A DNA stretch of 32,000 nt from Candidatus Helarchaeota ASGARD archaeon Hel_GB_B (GCA_005191425.1 SUPR01000028.1:5690-37689); one strand, 5' to 3'. Shown: positions 9,131 through 18,947, counted from the first letter of the stretch. The notes: generated from the letters alone by a model not told the origin. A program made the numbers and translations.

Positions 9131-9553
9131 GTGGCACATGTGTCAATTCCTAAATATTGGAAAGCTTTACCGCAGAAATATAGATTAGTGGCAGGAAAAT
9201 GTTCAAATTGTGGAGAGTTGAATTTTCCACCGACTACATTATGTAAAAAGTGTGGACAAGAAAATACTCAAAAACACATCGAATTAAAAGGAAAAGGTAC
9301 AGTATATACATATACAATTATTGGAAGAGGAGGAGCTCCTCCGGAATTTGCAAAAATGCAAAAAAAATGCGGGCCATACGCAATAGCCATAGTAGAACTA
9401 GAAGAGGGACTAAAAATAAACGTACAATTAACGGATTGTGATCCTTTCAAAGATGTAAATATAGGAATGAAAGTTTCAGCAGTTTTTAGAAGAATATATG
9501 AACAAGAAAATGTAATAAGGTACGGTCTAAAATTCAGACCAATTATTGAATAA
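9131..9553 (+). CDS. DUF35 Zn-ribbon/OB-fold protein (thiolase-complex scaffold)
   Basis: GTG start after AGGTGA; CSNC...FPP...CKKC, GTVYTYT, AIVELEEG, YGLKFRP. Confidence 0.92.
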   Translation: MAHVSIPKYWKALPQKYRLVAGKCSNCGELNFPPTTLCKKCGQENTQKHIELKGKGTVYTYTIIGRGGAPPEFAKMQKKCGPYAIAIVELEEGLKINVQLTDCDPFKDVNIGMKVSAVFRRIYEQENVIRYGLKFRPIIE

Positions 9554-9612
9554 AAATAAAATTTACAAATCTTAATGATTTAACTTATTAAAAGATTCGT
9601 TATGTGAGATAA

Positions 9613-10677
9613 ATGATCGAATTTAAAAAAATAAAAAAATATGCTGAATTTCATAATCCAATGTATAATTTTGAATTAAAAAAACAGAAAGTAGAGTTCA
9701 GAGAGGACCCATTAACTGGTCAGAATTGTATAATTCCAGAGTCGCTATTAGATAAAGTAAAAATCATAATGAATAAACCATCTAAAAATATAATTCAAAA
9801 TATTATCGAAAATACCCAAGCTGGATGCCCATTTTGTCCAGATAAAATAATGACGCAAACACCAAATTTTGACGAAAAAATTATTCCAAACGGAAAAATT
9901 CAAATTGATGGAGCAATTGGATTTCCAAATATTTTCTCTTTTTTTGAACATTCTGCTGTTATTGTATTTACCGAGAAACATTTTTTAAATTTAGATGAAT
10001 TTTCACCAGATATAATTTATTCTGCATTAAAAGTTGCAAGGGAATACACGCATTATATATTAAAAGAATATGAAAATGTTGAATGTAACTGTATTTTAGG
10101 TTGTAATTATTTATATTCGGCAGGTTCTACTATCGTACATCCGCATTTTCAACTTTATTTGTCAGAAAATAATTTTTATTATAATAAAATACTATTGATA
10201 AATAGTAAAAAGTATTTTGAAAAAAATAAAAAGAATTTTTGGGATGATTTAATTAATTCAGAAAAAAATTTAAAAGAACGTTATATAGGGGCAATTGGGA
10301 CTACAGAATGGCTTGTTTCATTTGCTCCTCTAGGGGTATATGAAATCCAATGCATAGTTAAAAATAAAACATGTATTCATGAATTTACAGATAATAATCT
10401 TAAGGATATAGCTCAAGGATTATCTAATGTATTAAAATTTTATCATAAAAATAAAGTTACTTCTTTTAATTTTGCTTTATATTCTGCGCCATATAAATCT
10501 AAAGATAATTTAGATGAAATTAGAAAATACTTTTGGAGCTCTATGCGAATTATTGCTAGGCCAAATATAAGTAAAATTCCGCTAAATGATGTTTGGTTTC
10601 TCCCAAGGCTTATATATGATAATATTTCTCCAGTTGAACCTGAGAAATTATTACAAAAAGTTCAAGATTTTTTTTAA
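9613..10677 (+). CDS. GalT/HIT-superfamily nucleotidyltransferase (divergent)
   Basis: FREDPLTG, CPFC, FPN, AGSTIVHPHFQ (HxHxQ). Confidence 0.8.
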   Translation: MIEFKKIKKYAEFHNPMYNFELKKQKVEFREDPLTGQNCIIPESLLDKVKIIMNKPSKNIIQNIIENTQAGCPFCPDKIMTQTPNFDEKIIPNGKIQIDGAIGFPNIFSFFEHSAVIVFTEKHFLNLDEFSPDIIYSALKVAREYTHYILKEYENVECNCILGCNYLYSAGSTIVHPHFQLYLSENNFYYNKILLINSKKYFEKNKKNFWDDLINSEKNLKERYIGAIGTTEWLVSFAPLGVYEIQCIVKNKTCIHEFTDNNLKDIAQGLSNVLKFYHKNKVTSFNFALYSAPYKSKDNLDEIRKYFWSSMRIIARPNISKIPLNDVWFLPRLIYDNISPVEPEKLLQKVQDFF

Positions 10678-10799
10678 TCCTAAAAGATTAAACATATTTT
10701 AAAAGCATTCAAATTAATTTTTACAATGATATGAGTTTGCAATAGGAGAAAAAAAATTGGAATAAAAATAAAAAAAAATTGGTTGATAAGAAAAATCTT

Positions 10800-12224
10800 T
10801 TAAATTTTATTATCTTTTACACTAGCTCGTTTATTTTCATGAATTTTTTCAAGTTCCTCTCTCATTTTTTGTAACCTTTCGCCGTGTAATGGAAATTTTA
10901 TCAAACAAATTATAGCAATACAAATAGCAAGAATAGGAAATACTACCATTAAAGATTTTAGGCCAAAAATTACATTAATATTAGGATTCGGTGTATATTC
11001 TGCCCAACCAGCTCCGGTAAACACTAAGGCTACAGTAGTTATTCTTAATAAGATAGAGAATCTATGAATGAATGCATTCATTCCATAATAACTGCCTTCT
11101 CGTCTACAGCCAGTTTTTGTCTCGTCTTCATCAATTATATCACTAATTAAAATATCTACATAATATAATGCTCCGGACAATGGAAAACCGACAATTGCAG
11201 TAAATATAATACACAAGATAATATCTCCTGAACCTAGAAAAATATATGGTATCATAGTAAAGCACCAGATTATACAACTTATTATAAATGCCTTTCTAAA
11301 ACCAAATTTTTTCCCCATTTTTCTGTGGATAGGAAAAGTAAACGCAGCAACAATAAATGCAGCAATTAGTGGTAGGCCTGAGAGAAAGGTTGATTCAGGA
11401 GGTATTTCTAATACATAAGCAGCATATAATGGAAAAATAGTCGGTAAAAGACCGAATACATACCAAACAAATGTATTTGCTATAACAAAAATGAGAAAAC
11501 TTTTGTTTTTTAATGTTATTTTTGCAGCTTCTACAAAACCAGGGCCTTTCTCTACATCATATGCATATTCAGGACGTTCTTTAATACCAAAAAGGACAAA
11601 AAATATCCCAATACATCCAGTTATTATCGCCAAAAAAATACCATTTATAATGTATTTTGGAAAAATTTCAGTTGCAGTTATTCCATTTTTAGGAACCATT
11701 GGAGTAATAATAAAGGTTGGGACTACTATTGCAAAAATTAAAGCTATGACAGTAAAACTTTTTATAAAAATATTTGCAGAAGCTCGTTCTTTTTCTGAAG
11801 GAAACATTTCCGGAAATAATGCATTAACATTTACTGAATATAAAGTATAAACACCTTCATTTACATTAATTATAATGAGAAAATAGATAAAATTAATTAA
11901 ATTGCTTGTAAATGGAGCAGTATATAGGAAAATCATTAGCAAACATAATGGCACAAAAGCTATCGTTATATAAAACCGACGTTTACCAAACTTCTTAAAC
12001 AATTTTGTTCTGTCTGACAAAAGACCTAATAATGGGTCATTTATAGCATTCCAGATACCCCAGATAGTAAATCCAATCCATAATTGCGTCATATTAAGTC
12101 CAATTACGCTATAGTAAAATGTGAATACTAGAAATGTAAATGATTGATATGTTAATTGATCAGGAATAGCACTTAAACCAAAAAGAAACTTTTTCTTTAA
12201 AGTTGCACCCTCTTTCTGACTCAT
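10800..12224 (-). CDS. MFS GPH-family (MelB-like) glycoside:cation symporter
   Basis: Start CAT at 12222-12224, so minus strand (track label wrong); WNAINDPLLGLLSDRT, DIIDEDE..TG.RREGSYYG; about 12 TM segments. Confidence 0.9.
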   Translation of the reverse strand: MSQKEGATLKKKFLFGLSAIPDQLTYQSFTFLVFTFYYSVIGLNMTQLWIGFTIWGIWNAINDPLLGLLSDRTKLFKKFGKRRFYITIAFVPLCLLMIFLYTAPFTSNLINFIYFLIIINVNEGVYTLYSVNVNALFPEMFPSEKERASANIFIKSFTVIALIFAIVVPTFIITPMVPKNGITATEIFPKYIINGIFLAIITGCIGIFFVLFGIKERPEYAYDVEKGPGFVEAAKITLKNKSFLIFVIANTFVWYVFGLLPTIFPLYAAYVLEIPPESTFLSGLPLIAAFIVAAFTFPIHRKMGKKFGFRKAFIISCIIWCFTMIPYIFLGSGDIILCIIFTAIVGFPLSGALYYVDILISDIIDEDETKTGCRREGSYYGMNAFIHRFSILLRITTVALVFTGAGWAEYTPNPNINVIFGLKSLMVVFPILAICIAIICLIKFPLHGERLQKMREELEKIHENKRASVKDNKI

Positions 12225-12771
12225 TTTTTATTTCACTTAAAGTTATAAATCAATTTTTTAATTATTTATTAAATAACTAAAAATATGTATTTAAATTGAG
12301 TTGATTTAATCCTATATGAATTAAAAGTACAATTTAAAGAAATATTTTAAAATGATAAAATTTTAAACTATAAAAGAAAATATGCCTTAAACTTTTAACA
12401 ATAACTGTTTCTATAATCAAACTTAAACTTTTTGAAAAGTATAAAAAAGAACTAAACATAAATATTTATATTAAACATATAATTCCATTTATTGTTGAAT
12501 TTTCTTTAATTATGACAAAATTTTAGTTAATTTATTAGACATTTTTTGTTTTATAAATAAATTAAAGATTATTTAAGAGAATTAAATAAATGAATATAAG
12601 ATATAAGTAATCTTAGCATTGCTAAATTAGTTGTACCTTAAAAATTATGTTAAATAATTTTTGAATATTACGAAGTTAAATAAGATATTAAAAAAGGTTA
12701 AAAATATAACTATATTATTCAATTTTATTAAATATTTAAAATTAAACTCTTAATTTATAAATCAAAAAATA

Positions 12772-13752
12772 GTGGTTGATAAGATGACGGAGTTGCGCTG
12801 GAATCCAATTCTTCAAGAATGGACAATTATAGCTGGACATAGAGCTATAAGGCCGCAAGTGCATAAAAAAGCTAATATAATGGAGAAAAGTTGTCCATTT
12901 TGCGAGGGACAAGAAGAAGTAGAGGGCGAATGGATTGTAAAATACTTACCAAATAAATACCCTTCTTTGCAAATAAAACCACCAGAACCAAGTGTTTTAG
13001 GGAATGATTTAGTACCAGTTTTACCAGCAAAAGGGGTTTGTGAGGTAATAATATACACGAAAGACCATTATAAAACTTTGGAACGACTTCCTGTTGACCA
13101 TATTGTTAAAATTATTGAATTATGGACTAATAGATATGAAGAGATTGGTAAAATTAGCGAAATTAAATATGTCTTTATATTTGAAAATACAGGAACTGAA
13201 ATTGGAGTTTCCTTAGACCATCCACATGGTCAGATCTATTCTTTTCCATTTATCCCACCAAGAATTAAAGTAGAATTAAATTCATCAAAATCCTATTTTG
13301 AAAAAAATGAGAAATGCCTTTATTGTAGCATCATAGAATTCGAGATAAAAGATAAAAAAAGGATCATTTTTGAAAATGATGATTTTGTTTGTTTTATACC
13401 ATTTTTTTCACAATATGCATATGAGACATTTTTGATCCCAAAAAGACACATTCAAAGTCTTTCAGATTTAAAAGAAAATGAAATTAGAAATTTTGCTATA
13501 AGTTTAAAGCAGATTTTAAATATATATAGAAAAAGATTTCCCAATCAGCTTGATTATTTAATGCTTTTTCATCAGAAACCTACAACGGAAGAAAACTACG
13601 AATATTTTCATTTTTATGTAGAATTTATAGTAATTCAAAGGGGAGGAGGAAAAAAGAAATATTTGGGAGGAGTTGAAAGAGGTACTGGGACTATTATAAA
13701 TTCATCTAATCCAGAAAAAAATGCTAAAGAATTAAGAGAATTAAAAAATTAG
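12772..13752 (+). CDS. galT: galactose-1-phosphate uridylyltransferase (class I)
   Basis: ELRWNP, RAIRP, CPFC, NKYP, FEN..GVSLDHPHGQ; likely start ATG 12784. Confidence 0.88.
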   Translation: MVDKMTELRWNPILQEWTIIAGHRAIRPQVHKKANIMEKSCPFCEGQEEVEGEWIVKYLPNKYPSLQIKPPEPSVLGNDLVPVLPAKGVCEVIIYTKDHYKTLERLPVDHIVKIIELWTNRYEEIGKISEIKYVFIFENTGTEIGVSLDHPHGQIYSFPFIPPRIKVELNSSKSYFEKNEKCLYCSIIEFEIKDKKRIIFENDDFVCFIPFFSQYAYETFLIPKRHIQSLSDLKENEIRNFAISLKQILNIYRKRFPNQLDYLMLFHQKPTTEENYEYFHFYVEFIVIQRGGGKKKYLGGVERGTGTIINSSNPEKNAKELRELKN

Positions 13753-13771
13753 AATTAAACTGAAACAAAAA

Positions 13772-13942
13772 TTACCAATTAGTCCACTTTAATTTTCGGG
13801 GGTTTCGTCGTAATTTAAAATAGTTTTTGTAACATTTAGAGGAACAGATGTATGTTACTTTTCCATCGCTTCTAACATGCATGGACCCACAACCGGGTTC
13901 GATATCCTTATTACAAAATGCGCATTTTTGAATTCTGACCAT
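13772..13942 (-). CDS. rpl24e: 50S ribosomal protein L24e (eL24)
   Basis: Not in ORF track (56 aa). [56 protein letters not shown], preceded by a GGTGA ribosome-binding motif. Confidence 0.96.
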   Translation of the reverse strand: MVRIQKCAFCNKDIEPGCGSMHVRSDGKVTYICSSKCYKNYFKLRRNPRKLKWTNW

Positions 13943-13950
13943 ATAATCAC

Positions 13951-14160
13951 CTATGGGACTTTAATTTTTCTAGCTTCGCGTTCAGTTTCTTTTAACATTA
14001 AGATATCTTTCAATCGTACAGGTCCTTTAACATTACGAGTTAAGATACGGTTTTTAGAAATACCTTCAAGTACTCTTACTTTTACTTGAATAATTTCGCC
14101 AGTAGTTCCTGTTCGGCCAACTATTTCAATTACTTCCGCAGGAACTGTCTCTTCTTCCAT
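13951..14160 (-). CDS. rps28e: 30S ribosomal protein S28e (eS28)
   Basis: [13 protein letters not shown]...VKVRVL...[24 protein letters not shown]. Confidence 0.97.
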   Translation of the reverse strand: MEEETVPAEVIEIVGRTGTTGEIIQVKVRVLEGISKNRILTRNVKGPVRLKDILMLKETEREARKIKVP

Positions 14161-14183
14161 TATTAACCACCATTTTTAAAAAT

Positions 14184-14543
14184 TCATTCATTAGTTAGTT
14201 TAAATATTAAATCTTTTAGTATTTTAACCCCATCGCCAGGGTCGATAATAGCTACAGACGAAGTTGGGACTTCTATGCCTGCTCTTTTACCCAATTTCTT
14301 TTTATCGGAGATCATTATAAATGGTGTTTTCTTTTCTGAACATAGAGGAGGTAAATGCATAATTATTTCGGGCGGTGTGACATCACCCGCAAAATAAACT
14401 AATTTGGCAATACCTCTTTCTATTGCTTTAGTAGTTTCATTTATTCCTCTTTTGATTTTACCCGTATCGACTGCAATATCAAGGACTTCAAGTGCCATAT
14501 TTTCTAACTCTTCAGAAACTTTATATTTTGCAAATTTTGACAT
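14184..14543 (-). CDS. rpl7ae: 50S ribosomal protein L7Ae (eL8)
   Basis: GKIKRGINETTKAIERG...DVTPPEI..HLP.LC.EK; CAT at 14541-14543, so minus strand. Confidence 0.96.
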   Translation of the reverse strand: MSKFAKYKVSEELENMALEVLDIAVDTGKIKRGINETTKAIERGIAKLVYFAGDVTPPEIIMHLPPLCSEKKTPFIMISDKKKLGKRAGIEVPTSSVAIIDPGDGVKILKDLIFKLTNE

Positions 14544-14656
14544 TTAATCATACACCTTTTTTCTTTCTAGGCAAAATAGCCTTTCATCATTCATCAAAAA
14601 CTTGAGTATATTCAATAAAAGATTGTTTTTTAAATTTTATTACAAAAATTTACTTT

Positions 14657-14860
14657 TTATTTTGGAGTTTGTTCGAATCGACTTATCTCATCTAATAAAT
14701 CTCTAAAACTGATAAACATGCGACGACAACATATTCTTTTTATACCTAGGCTATCGAGGACATCCTTAGGATGTTCGCCATTTTTTACTCTTTCTTCATA
14801 AATTTCCCATTTATCAGCAATAATTTTTCCGCATGTAAAACATCTAATTGGGATAATCAT
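14657..14860 (-). CDS. rpoN: RNA polymerase subunit N (Rpo10)
   Basis: MIIPIRCFTCGK...RICCRRM; ATG 14860 preferred over GTG 14875. Confidence 0.96.
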   Translation of the reverse strand: MIIPIRCFTCGKIIADKWEIYEERVKNGEHPKDVLDSLGIKRICCRRMFISFRDLLDEISRFEQTPK

Positions 14861-14871
14861 AAAAAACACCT

Positions 14872-15276
14872 TCACCTAAAACTTTTTTGAAAACGTGCAC
14901 GTGCGGATGGGCCACCAAATTTTTTAGGTTCAGTTCTTCTGGAATCTCCTGCGATTAATGTCCGATCATATTGCATAATTAGATTTTTAATTTCAGGGGT
15001 ATCAAACCATTGTACCAGTGCTCTAGCAATAGCTATTGCTACAGCTTGTGCTTGGCCCATTCGTCCACCACCTTTAACATTCACATCAATATCAATAGAA
15101 TTACGTAGTTTTTCGTCAATAAGATAGAGTGGTTCCATCATAATTTCTCTTGCTAAGTCGGTTTCTATAATTTCAATTGGTACTTTATTAACTCTAATTC
15201 TTCCTTTGCCCGTTTTCGTAGTAGCTCTTGCAATAGCAGTCTTTCTTTTTCCAGAAGTTAATACAATCTTTACCAT
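14872..15276 (-). CDS. rps9: 30S ribosomal protein S9 (uS9)
   Basis: SGKRKTAIARA, VKGGG..GQAQA, DSRRTEPKKFGG.SARARFQKSFR; minus strand. Confidence 0.97.
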   Translation of the reverse strand: MVKIVLTSGKRKTAIARATTKTGKGRIRVNKVPIEIIETDLAREIMMEPLYLIDEKLRNSIDIDVNVKGGGRMGQAQAVAIAIARALVQWFDTPEIKNLIMQYDRTLIAGDSRRTEPKKFGGPSARARFQKSFR

Positions 15277-15300
15277 TATTCATTCGCACCTATTTTACTC

Positions 15301-15741
15301 TTAAAATTTGCCTCCAATTTGAATAGCAAGATCAGATATGTGAATATATTTTTCTTTTAATCTAGAAACAGATGCACTATCTAATTTTTCTAATTTTAAT
15401 TTATTATTTTGATATTTTTCAGGAATTCCAATGTATACTCTTAAATTATGAAATGCTTTTTTACCACGGGGTTTTTTCCATGGGAGCATTCCTCTTATTG
15501 TTTTACGAACAATTCGGTCGGGTTTCCGTGGATGGAAAGGGCCTTTTAAAGGATTTGTTAAAGTTCGAATATTTAGCCGCTCCTTATACGACTCAATAAT
15601 TTGGTGATATTTTCCAGAAATAACTGCTTTTTCAGCATTAATTATTACTATTTTCTCGCCTAATAAAAGTCTTTTAGCAACAATTGATGCCATTCTTCCA
15701 AGAATTAAATTAGTTGCATCAATTATAGTTGGGTTTGTCAT
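15301..15741 (-). CDS. rpl13: 50S ribosomal protein L13 (uL13)
   Basis: IIDATNLILGRMAS, INAEKAVISG, RKTIRGMLP; minus strand. Confidence 0.97.
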   Translation of the reverse strand: MTNPTIIDATNLILGRMASIVAKRLLLGEKIVIINAEKAVISGKYHQIIESYKERLNIRTLTNPLKGPFHPRKPDRIVRKTIRGMLPWKKPRGKKAFHNLRVYIGIPEKYQNNKLKLEKLDSASVSRLKEKYIHISDLAIQIGGKF

Positions 15742-15763
15742 AATATTTCAGTCCTATTTCAAA

Positions 15764-16120
15764 TTATACAATAATTTTAATTTTTTTACCTTCTGGATTT
15801 CGGTTATATAATTCCTCAATTGTTTCTAATTTTATTTTATTTTCTAATATTTTTTTTCGAGCAGATTCTGAAAATGATAATGCCGCGATAGAAGCAATTT
15901 TATGGTCAAAATTACCATCACCTAAAATTTTTCCAGGTATTATAATCTGGTCATTTTCTTTGGCAAATCTATTAATTTTATTAATGTTAACGACCACTCT
16001 TTTTTTATTAGGTTTATTTAACCAATTATATACTGTCCTCCAAGACCTTCTTTTCGTTTTCCAGAGCATTTTAATTAATTTAATGTAATTTTCATTGCTT
16101 GATTTCGTCTTTAGCTTCAT
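15764..16120 (-). CDS. rpl18e: 50S ribosomal protein L18e (eL18)
   Basis: VVNINKINR, IIPGKILGDG, FSESARKKI, NPEG; ATG 16120 directly after the rpoD stop preferred over TTG 16141. Confidence 0.93.
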   Translation of the reverse strand: MKLKTKSSNENYIKLIKMLWKTKRRSWRTVYNWLNKPNKKRVVVNINKINRFAKENDQIIIPGKILGDGNFDHKIASIAALSFSESARKKILENKIKLETIEELYNRNPEGKKIKIIV

Positions 16121-16121
16121 T

Positions 16122-16940
16122 TTACTCCACGTTTTCTTCAATTTTTGTTAATAAATTTTTTGCTTTATTTCTCAATATTTCTATTGCAGTATTTAAAATT
16201 TTTAGAGCTGGTAAAGCACCAGTACTTTCAATTGTAAATATAAAGACATCATCATGCCATGATATATTAATTGCACCAAATTCACAAACTTCTTCACAAA
16301 TTTTGCACATTGTACAATTTTCAATATCATTAATAGCAATTGAATGAAATGGCTCATTAACTATTTCTAAAATATGACGAGGACATTGGTTTACGCATTC
16401 TTCACACATTTCGCATAGATCAGTTCGTAAATTAATTTCTGGCATATATTTATAAGCACAAGTCCCAACTGGCTGCCATTTTGCATGAGTAATCCCCTTA
16501 CCTAATTTAGCATATGCCTCAAGGATTATTGATTGCCCAGCATTTAACTTGACAATTGGAATTTTTGCTGCAACTTGTATTTTCTCATCTTCAGATTTTA
16601 GGTCTGTTGAATAGACCATAATATTATGTTCATCACCTTGTTTTTCTAATGTAAATGCTACTTGACACATTGGACACCCTTCACCTTTACACTCACATTC
16701 TTCAGGTAAAACATATGACTCTAAATCAGTAGTTAATGGGATTAATCCGAGTCTATGAGCTAGCATTTCATCATACAAAGGACTTGAATTTTTTACAATC
16801 CAAACGTCTTCTATAGCCATAGTAGGGACTTCTGCAAGAATTATTCTTCGTAATGAATTTACGAACTCTTTTGGAAAATCCTCTATAAGGATTTTCAAAT
16901 ACATTCCATCATCAGATAGTTCCAATATTTTTATACTCAT
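16122..16940 (-). CDS. rpoD: RNA polymerase subunit D (Rpo3) with ferredoxin-like Fe-S domain
   Basis: NSLRRIILAEVPTMAIE, LAHRLGLIPL, HAKWQP; CxxCxxCxxxCP and CxxCxxCxxxC motifs. Confidence 0.96.
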   Translation of the reverse strand: MSIKILELSDDGMYLKILIEDFPKEFVNSLRRIILAEVPTMAIEDVWIVKNSSPLYDEMLAHRLGLIPLTTDLESYVLPEECECKGEGCPMCQVAFTLEKQGDEHNIMVYSTDLKSEDEKIQVAAKIPIVKLNAGQSIILEAYAKLGKGITHAKWQPVGTCAYKYMPEINLRTDLCEMCEECVNQCPRHILEIVNEPFHSIAINDIENCTMCKICEEVCEFGAINISWHDDVFIFTIESTGALPALKILNTAIEILRNKAKNLLTKIEENVE

Positions 16941-17304
16941 TAATTATCATCTATAAAAAGTGAAGATCATGGAATATGTTAAAAATGACCTTTACATTCA
17001 TTTTGTAATTATTTTTTAACAGATAAATTTGTATTGATAAATTTGAGTTAATTATTTTTGAGAGATTATTTATTGATTTAAATCTTTTTGTTTAGTAAAA
17101 TAATCATTTTTCCATATTTTAAGAATATATCGATAAATTAAATTTGTTTATTTAAAATTTAGAATATTTAAAAATCTTATGATTTTATCATTCCTTTTAA
17201 TTTGGAATTTTATAAATAAAATTTTATGATATTTGAGTGTTTTTGATCTAATATTATATATTATTAAGTAAATAAAATAAAATTCATTAATAATTCTAAG
17301 TAGT

Positions 17305-17910
17305 TTAAACTCTTCTTCCTCGTCTGCCACCTTTCCTTCTTGTAGTATCATGAGGAATGGGTGTAACTTCTTCAATTCTTCCTATTCGGAGGCCTGACCT
17401 AGCCAATGCCCTAATCGCAGCTTGAGCACCTGGTCCAGGTGTCCGAGGCCCATGACCACCGGGCGCTCTAACTTTAATGTGTATATGATTATATCCTTTG
17501 TCTTTGATTTCTCTAGCAGCACGAAAAGCTGCTTGCATCGCAGCATATGCACTAGATTCTTCCCGATCAGCTTTTACAATCATTCCACCTGAATACCTTG
17601 CAAGAGTTTCAGCTCCAGTAATATCAGTAATATGGACAATTGTGTCATTATACGATGAAAAAATGTGAGCAATACCCCATAATTTCTTTTGTTTCTTTTT
17701 ATGTTTTCTTCTTATTTCTTTTGTTTCCTCTTTAACTTCTTCTTTGACTTCCTCTTTTGTTTCCTCTTTGACTTCCTCTTTTACTTCTTCCGATGAAGAA
17801 AGTTCACTAGTATCATTAGATTTTGTCTTATCTTGATTAATGTTTACATCTTCTTCATTATTTTCTTCTTTTACTTCTTCATTTTTATTTTTTGAACTCT
17901 TTTTAGACAT
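17305..17910 (-). CDS. rps11: 30S ribosomal protein S11 (uS11) with long acidic N-terminal extension
   Basis: [22 protein letters not shown] ... [14 protein letters not shown] ... [11 protein letters not shown]. Confidence 0.97.
   Translation of the reverse strand: MSKKSSKNKNEEVKEENNEEDVNINQDKTKSNDTSELSSSEEVKEEVKEETKEEVKEEVKEETKEIRRKHKKKQKKLWGIAHIFSSYNDTIVHITDITGAETLARYSGGMIVKADREESSAYAAMQAAFRAAREIKDKGYNHIHIKVRAPGGHGPRTPGPGAQAAIRALARSGLRIGRIEEVTPIPHDTTRRKGGRRGRRV
17719..17790 (-). repeat. in-frame tandem repeat, 6 x 12 bp = ([12 protein letters not shown]) x 2, inside rps11
   Basis: Minus strand reads gaagaagtaaaa gaggaagtcaaa gaggaaacaaaa gaggaagtcaaa gaagaagttaaa gaggaaacaaaa. Confidence 0.9.
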
Positions 17911-17930
17911 TTTTAATCAACCCTAAATTT

Positions 17931-18458
17931 TTAAGATACAACTCCTTTTTGCCGCTCAGGATGATTAGGATTTTTTGCTAAAGGAGATGTAGGACTATAA
18001 GTAATTTCAGGCTCTTCATCAATAGTTACAATATAACTAGGTATTAAGATTCTTTTTCCGCTTATTGCGATATGTCCATGAACAATAAACTGGCGAGCTT
18101 GATATGGAGTTTTTGCTAAGCCTTTACGAAATACAACTGTTTGTAGCCTTCGTTCAAGAATATCACTAACAGTTAGTTGTAGGACATCATCAATAGTAGC
18201 ATTTTCAGGTAATACTCCAATTCTATGGAGCTTTTTTATTAATATCTCGGTTTCTTTTTCTTGTTTTTCTTTAGGCATTATTCTAATATCTCTTGCTCTA
18301 CGACGATATTTTCTGAGCATTGTTTGATGGCGCCATAATTCTCGTTTATTTCTCAAGCCATATGTTCCAACAAGAATTAATTCTTCATGTAATCGTTCAG
18401 CTTCCCATGGATGGGATGGTTTTGAATATTTCTTTTTAGATTTTTTAGGATCACCCAT
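17931..18458 (-). CDS. rps4: 30S ribosomal protein S4 (uS4)
   Basis: [41 protein letters not shown]. Confidence 0.97.
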   Translation of the reverse strand: MGDPKKSKKKYSKPSHPWEAERLHEELILVGTYGLRNKRELWRHQTMLRKYRRRARDIRIMPKEKQEKETEILIKKLHRIGVLPENATIDDVLQLTVSDILERRLQTVVFRKGLAKTPYQARQFIVHGHIAISGKRILIPSYIVTIDEEPEITYSPTSPLAKNPNHPERQKGVVS

Positions 18459-18494
18459 AATTCAACACCAATTTCAAAATAAAAATCATTTTAA

Positions 18495-18947
18495 TTATTT
18501 TTTCTTACGTCTAGAAACACCTACTACGGCACCTTTTCTACCAGTTGTCCTTGTTCTTTGTCCACGAACTCTTAGCCCTAATGCATGTCTAATTCCGCGG
18601 TAACATTTAATACTTCTTAATCTATCAATGTCGGATTTGTGTATTAAGATTAAGTCAGACCCAATTATTTGAGTATTATGACCGTATTTGATATCTTTTT
18701 GTCTATTCATTACAAATGGTGGAATAGGATAATTTTGAGGGTTTTTGATTATATCCTCAATTTTTTTAATATCACGATCTGATAAAAACCCCAGTCTAAT
18801 ATTAGGGTCAATTTCAGCTAGCCTTAAAATGATATGGGCCATTCTAATATTTATTCCTTTAATTTTAGTCATGGCATAGCCGACTTTCTTTGAGCCATCT
18901 AAGTCAGTGCCTGCTACACGTATAATATGCCTATAATTTTCAGACAT
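18495..18947 (-). CDS. rps13: 30S ribosomal protein S13 (uS13)
   Basis: IIRVAGTDLDG, YRGIRHALGLRVRGQRTRTTGR. Confidence 0.97.
   Translation of the reverse strand: MSENYRHIIRVAGTDLDGSKKVGYAMTKIKGINIRMAHIILRLAEIDPNIRLGFLSDRDIKKIEDIIKNPQNYPIPPFVMNRQKDIKYGHNTQIIGSDLILIHKSDIDRLRSIKCYRGIRHALGLRVRGQRTRTTGRKGAVVGVSRRKKK

Noticed and set aside
11491-11850. 119-aa plus-strand ORF inside the GPH transporter
   Set aside because: Antisense shadow of the minus-strand transporter.
17148-17375. 75-aa ORF spanning the rps11 end and the spacer
   Set aside because: Out-of-frame overlap with rps11, no credible start context or family features.
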